In this document: piece by piece, positions 38,916 through 46,231 of the stretch
Layout: each line of letters starts with the position of its first letter
Position numbering within the stretch: position 1 is the stretch's first letter
Source: a virus
Taxonomy: Duplodnaviria > Caudoviricetes
Direction: 5' to 3' (one strand)
IMG/VR virus record: IMGVR_UViG_3300040935_000019
Coordinates: 809-64,808 of that record
DNA: 64,000 nucleotides
The notes under the pieces: generated by a model
Seen by the model: the letters and a program-made list of their open reading frames with translations, nothing else
Database searches by the model: none
Told to the model about the DNA's origin: nothing
Made by a program: the position numbers and the translations under genes

Positions 38916-40197
38916 GAAAGAAGAATTAACATTGCCGAATGGAAAAAAGATAATCTTTTTTTCTTATAAAGCTAATCTCCCATTGAAGCTTTTTAAAGAA
39001 GAAACTCCCTCCGTTTTACAAAAAGAATTTTTTGAGAAGAATTGGATTTCCGTTCTTACCGGTATATCCAATATAAATGAGCCAGAAAACTCAAATAAAT
39101 TTGAGAAGAATAAACCAGGAGAAAAAGTAGATGATGATGTTGAAAAGGAGCCGGTTTCATTAAAAGACAAGATTGGAAAGATTAAGAGCGAATTGGAGAA
39201 AACAAGGAGTCAGTTGAAGGAATTAACAAGAGATGTAGACTTGCCTTATAGAGAAATTCCTTTAGGTGAAGCGGAACTTTTAAATAAAATTCTTTCTGAG
39301 TTATACAAAGATGAAGAAAAGTTTTCCGAAGTTATAAAGATTATAGAAAACAACCTTAAGGAAAAAGGAGCAACAGGGACAATTTCTATACTCAGAAAAT
39401 ACAATATCTTTTCGAAAATATTATTTAAATGGGAAGAGAAAAGAAAATCACAATATTCTGAGTACTTCAAATTTGTTAAAACCCCCAGTTTTCCAACTAA
39501 CTTATCTTTCATAGATCCTAGGGAATATAAAAAGCTTCCTGAAATGTTTAAAGGAACTATTCTAATCTCTGAAATAGAACACCCAGTTTACATAAAAAAT
39601 ATTGAGGACTTATATTATGCTAGCGAGAAAAATGTAGATGCGATATTATCTATTTTAAAAGATCATGTAGAACCGAAGATCTTGGACATACAAACCGTTA
39701 GAGTTGTTAAAACAAAGAAAGTCTTTAATGAGTTGACTGTAGACTATAAAACCTACTTGAATGTTTTTGAGAATTTCGCCCGAAATGCTAAGAACGAATT
39801 AATCAAAGACTTCGTCTATAGAGTTCTTTTGTTTCCTGCAGTTCTTACTGAAATAACAGAAAACTTTGTTCCTATAGAAAAAAGTTCAGTTTATTACATT
39901 TTGAACACCTTTTATTTATCACTTTACGATGCTATTTATTTAAAGAATAAATCGTACCAAGAGATTTCTCAATACTTTTTAAGCAGAGAAGAAAGGTTTA
40001 GTGTTTATAAGGATGTGCTAAAGACAAAAAGGCATTTATTTTCTGATTTTTATGAGTTTACTAAACTAATAAAAAATAAGTACCAACAACAGGTTAACTT
40101 TTTAGAGTTTTGTGTTTTTTGGAATAAGTACATTTCTATTAGTTCAATAGTAACGCCAGTTACAATTGCAGGCGAGTTCGGGACGCTTGACATATGA
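38896..40197 (+). CDS. Hypothetical protein
   Basis: 433 aa; overlaps the upstream gene. Confidence 0.7.
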   Translation: MKMIPFEKEELTLPNGKKIIFFSYKANLPLKLFKEETPSVLQKEFFEKNWISVLTGISNINEPENSNKFEKNKPGEKVDDDVEKEPVSLKDKIGKIKSELEKTRSQLKELTRDVDLPYREIPLGEAELLNKILSELYKDEEKFSEVIKIIENNLKEKGATGTISILRKYNIFSKILFKWEEKRKSQYSEYFKFVKTPSFPTNLSFIDPREYKKLPEMFKGTILISEIEHPVYIKNIEDLYYASEKNVDAILSILKDHVEPKILDIQTVRVVKTKKVFNELTVDYKTYLNVFENFARNAKNELIKDFVYRVLLFPAVLTEITENFVPIEKSSVYYILNTFYLSLYDAIYLKNKSYQEISQYFLSREERFSVYKDVLKTKRHLFSDFYEFTKLIKNKYQQQVNFLEFCVFWNKYISISSIVTPVTIAGEFGTLDI

Positions 40198-40215
40198 CGG
40201 TACATGTGCTAATAT
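40187..40215 (+). promoter_or_regulatory. Promoter TTGACA-17-TAATAT
   Basis: Consensus hexamers with an extended TG. Confidence 0.75.
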
Positions 40216-40235
40216 AGCCCTGGAGGTGATGAGAG

Positions 40236-40505
40236 ATGTCCTTGAGGCTAAACCCATACACAGGAAAATACGAGTTCGCCGAAGATGATATGGGGATTAC
40301 TTACAACGAATTTGAGAGGAAGTACGAGTACGGTTACAATAATGTCAGAGAAACTAATCCATTCAACATGAGAATTTCCTCTAAAGGAAGGGTTCCGAAG
40401 TACAATCCTTATACCGGAGAGTGGGAAACTGTACCCGAACATTGGGTCATTAGGTACAATCCTTACGAAAGGAAATATCAGTATGGACCCCCAGATTGGG
40501 AATAA
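40236..40505 (+). CDS. Small protein of YNPY-type repeats
   Basis: LNPYTGKYE, YNEFERKYE, TNPF, YNPYTGEWE, YNPYERKYQ; GGAGGT SD. Confidence 0.8.
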   Translation: MSLRLNPYTGKYEFAEDDMGITYNEFERKYEYGYNNVRETNPFNMRISSKGRVPKYNPYTGEWETVPEHWVIRYNPYERKYQYGPPDWE

Positions 40506-40556
40506 AAAATGTTGATAAATAACATTTATAGTTCAAAAAGTTATAGTATAAGTTCA

Positions 40557-40642
40557 GTAGGGGTGGGCCGCCCCGAATTCACGCCCCTGGAGAGAGGTAA
40601 ATCTCTCGATGAAGGGGGAAGCCCACAAGTGGGAGGAGGTCA
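40557..40642 (+). ncRNA. Stand-alone, shortened TnpB omegaRNA scaffold
   Basis: Colinear near-copy of 32542-32671 with the long hairpin reduced to GAGAGA-GGTAAA-TCTCTC; -10-like TAGTAT lies 7 nt upstream of the first homologous base. Confidence 0.8.
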
Positions 40643-40774
40643 TCCTTGGGACGCTATATTTTTCCATTGTGGGAGGAGGTCATGCTTCCATGGAAGGGAA
40701 GCCAGAAAAGTTATCCCGTTTGTGGGAGGAGGTCAAGAGGAGACATCTGGGGGTTGTTGACGTGGAAGAAGCCA
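40629..40774 (+). CRISPR. CRISPR-like mini-array built from the omegaRNA 3' end
   Basis: GTGGGAGGAGGTCA at 40629, 40669 and 40722 (identical) and degenerate GTGGAAGAAGCCA at 40762; unique spacers of 26, 39 and 26 nt. Confidence 0.65.
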
Positions 40775-40799
40775 CTAAATCAAGAATGGAGGAACGAAA

Positions 40800-41423
40800 A
40801 TGGACCAAAATAGGAACAAATCTAAATTGGTAAATCAAGATATTAATCTCAGAAATTTAGATAACTTGTCTTATAGAGATGCACTTAAATTATTAACCAA
40901 ACCTTTTCCAATTTCTGCAATTCAATTTCGTCCAGATAGAGAGGTTAATGTTTCCGGTAAAAAGTTTTATAAAGTTGTTCCGTATCTTGACACCAGATAC
41001 ATAGTCTTAAGGCTTAACAATGTTGTTCCAGGAAATTGGAATTTAGAAACAAAAGTTTTTCCTATTTCTCAAAATGAAAAAAATGTTTACGGGTTTTACG
41101 CTACATCTACATTAACAATTTTAGGTGTTTCACATTCTGATGTTGGATCGTCTTTTATTCTTGAAAATGATTTAGACAAGTTGAAGAGGCAACAAGTGAA
41201 GCTGGATCCAAAAAGTGCAGTAACAGATTCTATAAGAAGGGTTGCCGCACTTCATGGAATTGGTCTGTATCTATGGTTCTTAAAAAAGGATCTTTTGGTA
41301 GAAGATTTAAGAGAATTAACAGATAAGTCTAGAAAAGTTGTTGAGTACGCAAAATATATTTTAGATGTAGGAAGGCTTTTATACGAGAAGGGCCTAGAAA
41401 TGTCTTTTGGAGAGGAAATATGA
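40800..41423 (+). CDS. Rad52/Sak-like single-strand annealing protein
   Basis: LTKPFP..IQFR, YLDTRYIVLRLN..PGNW, DVG, KSAVTDSIRRVAALHGIGLYLW. Confidence 0.85.
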   Translation: MDQNRNKSKLVNQDINLRNLDNLSYRDALKLLTKPFPISAIQFRPDREVNVSGKKFYKVVPYLDTRYIVLRLNNVVPGNWNLETKVFPISQNEKNVYGFYATSTLTILGVSHSDVGSSFILENDLDKLKRQQVKLDPKSAVTDSIRRVAALHGIGLYLWFLKKDLLVEDLRELTDKSRKVVEYAKYILDVGRLLYEKGLEMSFGEEI

Positions 41424-42445
41424 GCAAGAAAGAGCGGAACTTAGAGTCTTTGATAAAGGCCTTTAAAAAAGAATTTGGTGATACCATAGATATTGCAGAA
41501 AATGTTGGTATATCGGAAGATAGTCTACTTAGTACTTCCATTCTTACACTTGACTTGGCGATTGGCGGCGGAATTCCAAAGAAACGTATAGTTGAAATAT
41601 ACGGTCAAGAATCTTCAGGCAAGACAAGCCTTTCTTTAGTACTAATAAGAGAGGCACAGAGAAAGGGATTTTTGTGCTCTTTTATTGATGCTGAATCGTC
41701 TTTTGATCCTTTTTGGGCAAAAGCTATTGGCGTAGATACTTCTTCTTTGCTAGTTATAACTCCAGATTCTTTTGAGGATGCGCTTAAGAAGCTAGAGTTC
41801 CTACTTAAGCAAGGGTCAGATTTCATAGTTTTTGACTCTATACCCGCTCTTCCTACGGTTACTGAAAGCCAAAATGAAATTGGAGATGCGAATATAGCTA
41901 TTAAAGCAAGAATTTTGTCATCTACTTTAGCGAGGATAAATCCTCTAATAAGGGATAATGAGGCTATTGTTGTCTTCATTAATCAGATACGAGAAAAGGT
42001 TGGAGTTTATGGGAATCCCGAAACAACACCAGGTGGAAGAGCCTTGAAGTTTTTCTCCTCATTGAGGCTAAATCTCAGAAAAAGGACCATAAAAGATTCT
42101 GATGAGTATGTTGGTGAAGAGGTTGTGGTAAAAGTTGAGAAGAACAAGTTAGCCCCACCGGGAAAGGAGGCAAGATACATTCTTTACTACGATGGAAGAA
42201 TAGTAGTGGATTACGCTTCAATTTTGTTGAAGCTTGATTTAGCTGAAAAGTCTGGTGCTTGGTATATGGTAAACATTCCTAACATTCTTAATGAAAGGTT
42301 TCATGGAAAGGATCAGTTAAATGATAGGATCTATAGTGATAATGAAATTAAAGAAAAAGTCGAAAAGTTTATACTAGAACAATTGAAAAACAAGAAAGTG
42401 GGAGTGCTTGATGGAGAAGATGACAATGATGGATCGGAAGTGTGA
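41420..42445 (+). CDS. recA: RecA recombinase
   Basis: LDLAIGGG, EIYGQESSGKT, FIDAE, FINQIREKVGV, ETTPGGRALKF, KNKLAPP. Confidence 0.95.
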   Translation: MSKKERNLESLIKAFKKEFGDTIDIAENVGISEDSLLSTSILTLDLAIGGGIPKKRIVEIYGQESSGKTSLSLVLIREAQRKGFLCSFIDAESSFDPFWAKAIGVDTSSLLVITPDSFEDALKKLEFLLKQGSDFIVFDSIPALPTVTESQNEIGDANIAIKARILSSTLARINPLIRDNEAIVVFINQIREKVGVYGNPETTPGGRALKFFSSLRLNLRKRTIKDSDEYVGEEVVVKVEKNKLAPPGKEARYILYYDGRIVVDYASILLKLDLAEKSGAWYMVNIPNILNERFHGKDQLNDRIYSDNEIKEKVEKFILEQLKNKKVGVLDGEDDNDGSEV

Positions 42446-42890
42446 AAAATACCTGGATCATGTGAGAGAATATCCTTGTATTGCGTGTGTTAGCATCGGA
42501 AGAATAAATAGAGATGTATTTGCTCACCATGAGGACCTTTCTTTTAAGTATTCGTTTTATAAACGTGCCACAGATTTCACCGCTGTTCCGCTGTGCTTAC
42601 ATCATCACAACGAGCGACACAGGCTTGGACGAGAAAAGTTTTGGTCAAAATACTTGGGAAATGAAGTAGCTGTGTATCCTTTTGTTTTCTTGATGTTGTC
42701 AGGATATTTTGAAGAGTTAAAAAATACCCTAGAAGAAAAAATTTCAATATACACAGATAAGTACTTAGAGCAGTTTGATAGCATTACCTACGAAATCAAG
42801 AAAGATTTCGATGAAATACTTGACAAGGTGGAGCTTTTGTGCAAGAATGATAGCGAGAGTGTGGAGGTGGTAAATCATGACGAATTATAG
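42426..42890 (+). CDS. DUF968-like HNH/Zn-finger nuclease
   Basis: YLDHVREYPCIAC, AHH, AVPLCLHHHNERH. Confidence 0.7.
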   Translation: MMDRKCEKYLDHVREYPCIACVSIGRINRDVFAHHEDLSFKYSFYKRATDFTAVPLCLHHHNERHRLGREKFWSKYLGNEVAVYPFVFLMLSGYFEELKNTLEEKISIYTDKYLEQFDSITYEIKKDFDEILDKVELLCKNDSESVEVVNHDEL

Positions 42891-43356
42891 TTTTTTTGAA
42901 CAAGTACATCCAGTGTATAAGATTTCTTTGTCGGATCTTGTTGAGGATAAGAGGCTTTTAAACCAAGATGGAAGTGTTAATGTAGTTAGACTGACCGAAT
43001 ATTCAAATGAAGAGCTTGAAAAGTTTTTGCTTTACACAATTTCTTGGCTTGAAATTATCGGATTTAAGAAGGCGGCTTTAAAGTCTGTTTTCCTTAAGAA
43101 AGAAGCAGAGTATGATGCAGAAAAAGCCGAATTGTTTCTAAAGAAGAAATCTTCTCTAGAAAAAAAGATAACCGTTAAGGAGTTGGAGAGTGAGGTTGAA
43201 GCAGATCCTGGCCTTTTGGAGAAAAAGAAGAAGCTTATTGAATACGAGTCTTATTTGGAGTATTTAGATAACCTTCAGAACGTAATTGAGCTTTTACATT
43301 ACACGGTAAAAACTATTATCAATGATAGATTCTCCATGTGGAGGACCACCTCTTGA
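42877..43356 (+). CDS. UvsY-like recombination mediator (helical)
   Basis: Coiled coil with TVKELESEVEADP; sits in the recombination operon (inference). Confidence 0.45.
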   Translation: MTNYSFFEQVHPVYKISLSDLVEDKRLLNQDGSVNVVRLTEYSNEELEKFLLYTISWLEIIGFKKAALKSVFLKKEAEYDAEKAELFLKKKSSLEKKITVKELESEVEADPGLLEKKKKLIEYESYLEYLDNLQNVIELLHYTVKTIINDRFSMWRTTS

Positions 43357-43403
43357 CGGAAGAAAGAGAATATGCTATACTCTTCTCTTGACAAGGAGGG
43401 TGC

Positions 43404-43955
43404 ATGAAGATATACGCCAAAAGTGATTTTGTAAGAAGAAAAATTAAAGAACAAGAATTGTCTAGGTTATTCTTAGAAAACGCCGGCCTTGATCTTTATA
43501 TTGACCTTGATAATTACCCAAATTCTGTTAAAGTAAGAGATCAAAGCGAGCTTGATCCGCCTTTTGTATTTTTAGAAAACGGTCTAATAAAAATCGTTCC
43601 AAAAGCCGGATTAACTAGATATCCTTTTATTATCTTCTTTCATACAGGTATTCATTTAGAACTTCCTAAAGGTGTTCACGCCATTGTTCACGGAAGGAGC
43701 GGCAGATTCTTTAAAGATTCTATAGACGTTTTTAGGGGCGTTATAGATTCTTCTTATAGAGGTGAGATTGTGGTTGGTTTGATTTTTTATAGAGCAGATC
43801 CAGTTATCCTCAATCCAGAAAATGCCATAGCTCAGTTGGTTTTTATAGATAATAGAAATCTTTTAGGTGAAAAGGTTGAGTTTGTTGATACGTTAGAAGA
43901 ATTGTCAAGTACGGACAGAGGGCAAAAAGGCTTCGGTAGTACAGATAAGATGTGA
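43404..43955 (+). CDS. dut: Trimeric dUTPase
   Basis: AGLDL, GRSG, GVIDSSYRGEI, IAQLV, RGQKGFGST; promoter TTGACG-17-TATACT at 43353-43381. Confidence 0.93.
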   Translation: MKIYAKSDFVRRKIKEQELSRLFLENAGLDLYIDLDNYPNSVKVRDQSELDPPFVFLENGLIKIVPKAGLTRYPFIIFFHTGIHLELPKGVHAIVHGRSGRFFKDSIDVFRGVIDSSYRGEIVVGLIFYRADPVILNPENAIAQLVFIDNRNLLGEKVEFVDTLEELSSTDRGQKGFGSTDKM

Positions 43956-43966
43956 GGGGGAAGACG

Positions 43967-44545
43967 ATGGAGAATAGAGTAGTGTTGTTCGGGAAAGCTA
44001 AGGAAATAAAGGACAATGACTTGGTAATCTCATTGAAAGATTTAGAAGTTCTGGTCTTCTTAAGTAAGGACTTCAAAGATTATGTGAGTAATATTATGTC
44101 TAGAGGAGGAACTTACTATGTTCTTGTAAACGGATTTTTGGCAACATTGCCGGAATACACATACGTTTATCCTTACAACCTTGTTGTTACAAAAGAGGAG
44201 CAGAGAGAGTCTAATGTAGTTGTATTTTCCGGTAAAGTTTCTGATGTTTATACTTACGAGAACAGATTCAGATTATTTGTTCGTTCCGAAAGAAAGGATA
44301 AAATCACAAAGATGTTTGTTACTGCCTTCAGGAGCGATTTCCCTGATTTAAATGTTCCAGTTGGTAGTGATGTTATAGTTGTTGGTAGACTTACTGCAAG
44401 TACAAGTAATCCTCAAAACCCATTTATTACTGCTAATGAAATTTTTGTCAGAGGACAAATTAATGAAAATATTAGTAGTGGGGGTGATATCAATGTAGAG
44501 AGTGATGATCTTTTTGACGTGGATTCCGATGAAATAGTTTTCTAA
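43967..44545 (+). CDS. Single-stranded DNA-binding protein, tandem OB folds
   Basis: NRVVLFG...VLVNGFL and NVVVFSG...VIVVGRL; acidic tail ending EIVF. Confidence 0.65.
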   Translation: MENRVVLFGKAKEIKDNDLVISLKDLEVLVFLSKDFKDYVSNIMSRGGTYYVLVNGFLATLPEYTYVYPYNLVVTKEEQRESNVVVFSGKVSDVYTYENRFRLFVRSERKDKITKMFVTAFRSDFPDLNVPVGSDVIVVGRLTASTSNPQNPFITANEIFVRGQINENISSGGDINVESDDLFDVDSDEIVF

Positions 44546-44565
44546 AGAAAGAGGGGGGATAGAGC

Positions 44566-44799
44566 ATGCTAGAGGATACCAAGAGAGGCGTAGTAGATGT
44601 CAGGGAAGACGAAGCGCTTCACGAATCCTTGTCAAGGATGTCTGTAGAACTAGAGAGGGCTTTTTACGACTTTAGTAAAAATCTTTCTGACTTTCTTAAT
44701 AAGAAGAAGCTTGTTTCTCTAAAAAGGGCACGTAGAGTTTCTAGGACTTTAGAGGCAAAGCTTAAGGAATTCAGAAAGATGCTTAGGGGATTACTTTAA
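44566..44799 (+). CDS. Small basic helical protein (Hc1-like)
   Basis: KRARRVSRTLEAKLKEFRK. Confidence 0.55.
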   Translation: MLEDTKRGVVDVREDEALHESLSRMSVELERAFYDFSKNLSDFLNKKKLVSLKRARRVSRTLEAKLKEFRKMLRGLL

Positions 44800-44819
44800 T
44801 ACCTTACTGGAGGTGTGTG

Positions 44820-45533
44820 ATGGGAGATCTTACCTTGCTGGACAATAAAGTGTACAAAGACGTTAACAATAAGGTTAACCTACTTGTAAACGTAAAAGAG
44901 GGCGAACATTACCTTTACCCACCCAAATATATTGATGACATGATTGAGAAATTTTCTAAAATTATTAAGTCTGATGAAAAATTGAAGGATAAGGTTATTA
45001 TTTACTTTGTTGGTGGGCATAGGGAAGGTAAATCTTCATTGGCTAGGTACTTGAGATCTTCACTGCCAAATTCTTATTTGTTATCCCTTTCCAGGCCAAT
45101 TAAGCTTATTATTGACAAGCTGTTTCCTAGAGAATTTATACAAGCTAAACCACCGGAAATGAGGAGGTTGTACCAATCTTTTGGGGAGGCAAAGAGGGCG
45201 GTAACGTTAAATTACTTTTTAAATATTTACTTGTCTACGTTAAAGGGAGAGTCTTCTGAAATTCGTTATGTTATAACAGATGACGTTTATCACATAAACG
45301 AAAGAATTTTAATGCATTTGTTTGATAAAGTTATTTCTGTTAAATTTGAGCCTCGTGATCTTTCTATGTACTATGACCACAATCCAAATCCAAATTACGA
45401 TACCGCAAGGGAAAGTGTTAAGCAACTTAAGTATCTTTTAGAAGAAAGCGATTACGATATAGAAGTTCCTAGGAATTTTAGGGATTCAAGAGAAATTGCA
45501 GATAAAGTGTTGGAGATGCTTAAAAGGTTTTAG
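44820..45533 (+). CDS. Deoxynucleoside monophosphate kinase
   Basis: P-loop GGHREGKS, LSRPIK, RRLYQSFGE, VITDDV...NE. Confidence 0.75.
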   Translation: MGDLTLLDNKVYKDVNNKVNLLVNVKEGEHYLYPPKYIDDMIEKFSKIIKSDEKLKDKVIIYFVGGHREGKSSLARYLRSSLPNSYLLSLSRPIKLIIDKLFPREFIQAKPPEMRRLYQSFGEAKRAVTLNYFLNIYLSTLKGESSEIRYVITDDVYHINERILMHLFDKVISVKFEPRDLSMYYDHNPNPNYDTARESVKQLKYLLEESDYDIEVPRNFRDSREIADKVLEMLKRF

Positions 45534-45536
45534 GTG

Positions 45537-45579
45537 AAAAATTTATAAGGCCACCCATTGGGTGGCCTTATAAATTTTT
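45537..45579. terminator. Perfect 21-bp inverted repeat, bidirectional terminator-like
   Basis: AAAAATTTATAAGGCCACCCA-T-TGGGTGGCCTTATAAATTTTT. Confidence 0.8.
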
Positions 45580-45630
45580 TGGTATGTAGTATTGACAAGA
45601 TCTCTGTATTTTGTTATTGTTAATCTTGAT

Positions 45631-46200
45631 ATGATTATTTCATATCTGTACGGTCCAGAAGGAACTAAAAGCTCAATAGTTTTCAATCAGGTTCAGTTTT
45701 CAGAGGCATATAACGTCTCTTTAACTCTTATTAGGCCTAAAATTTACTACCTTTTAAACAGGGAAGAAGATCCAAGTTACGTAAGATTAAGAGGGAGAAG
45801 AATAAAAGTTAAAAACCTAGTTCTTTTTCCAGAACAAATAAATAAGAAGACAAATATATACTCAATAGAAAAATCGCATCTGTATAGCGTAGATGACTTA
45901 AAGAAAATTCTTTTGTTAATAGAAAGGGCTAACTCTCAAGCACTAGTAATGTTTTTGGGGCTTGATAGAAACCATTTTGGTGAAGTATATCAAAGTCATT
46001 ACTTCTTACTTGATGTTGCATACTACAAAGAGAGAATTTTTACGACATGTTCTGTGTGTGAGGACAGACAAGCGGTATTTACTCAAGCCGTAGACGAAAT
46101 AGGCCTAGAACTTTTCATTCCGTCAGTAGAGAGTCAGATAACATACAAGTTGTATGAGCCAAGGTGTGAAAGTTGTTTTGTGTTCCCTTCAGATACTTGA
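45631..46200 (+). CDS. Thymidine kinase-like protein (degenerate active site)
   Basis: GLDRNHFGE, CSVC, AVFTQ and YEPRCESCF match the TK C-half; P-loop eroded; start follows TTGACA-17-TATTGT. Confidence 0.7.
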   Translation: MIISYLYGPEGTKSSIVFNQVQFSEAYNVSLTLIRPKIYYLLNREEDPSYVRLRGRRIKVKNLVLFPEQINKKTNIYSIEKSHLYSVDDLKKILLLIERANSQALVMFLGLDRNHFGEVYQSHYFLLDVAYYKERIFTTCSVCEDRQAVFTQAVDEIGLELFIPSVESQITYKLYEPRCESCFVFPSDT

Positions 46201-46231
46201 CACGTGCTGAGATTGGTGGTATCATATAGGC

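Noticed and set aside
40629-40774. Canonical CRISPR-Cas locus
   Set aside because: Repeats are only 14 nt and non-palindromic, and no cas1/cas2/cas6 is in the window. The 47853 nuclease is a common phage RecB/Cas4-like gene. Reported as CRISPR-like only.
40509-40833. ORFs 40509..40760 and 40609..40833
   Set aside because: They run through the omegaRNA and array; VGVGRPEFTPLER simply mirrors the RNA-encoding tail of tnpB. A short peptide from the SD-like repeat cannot be fully excluded.
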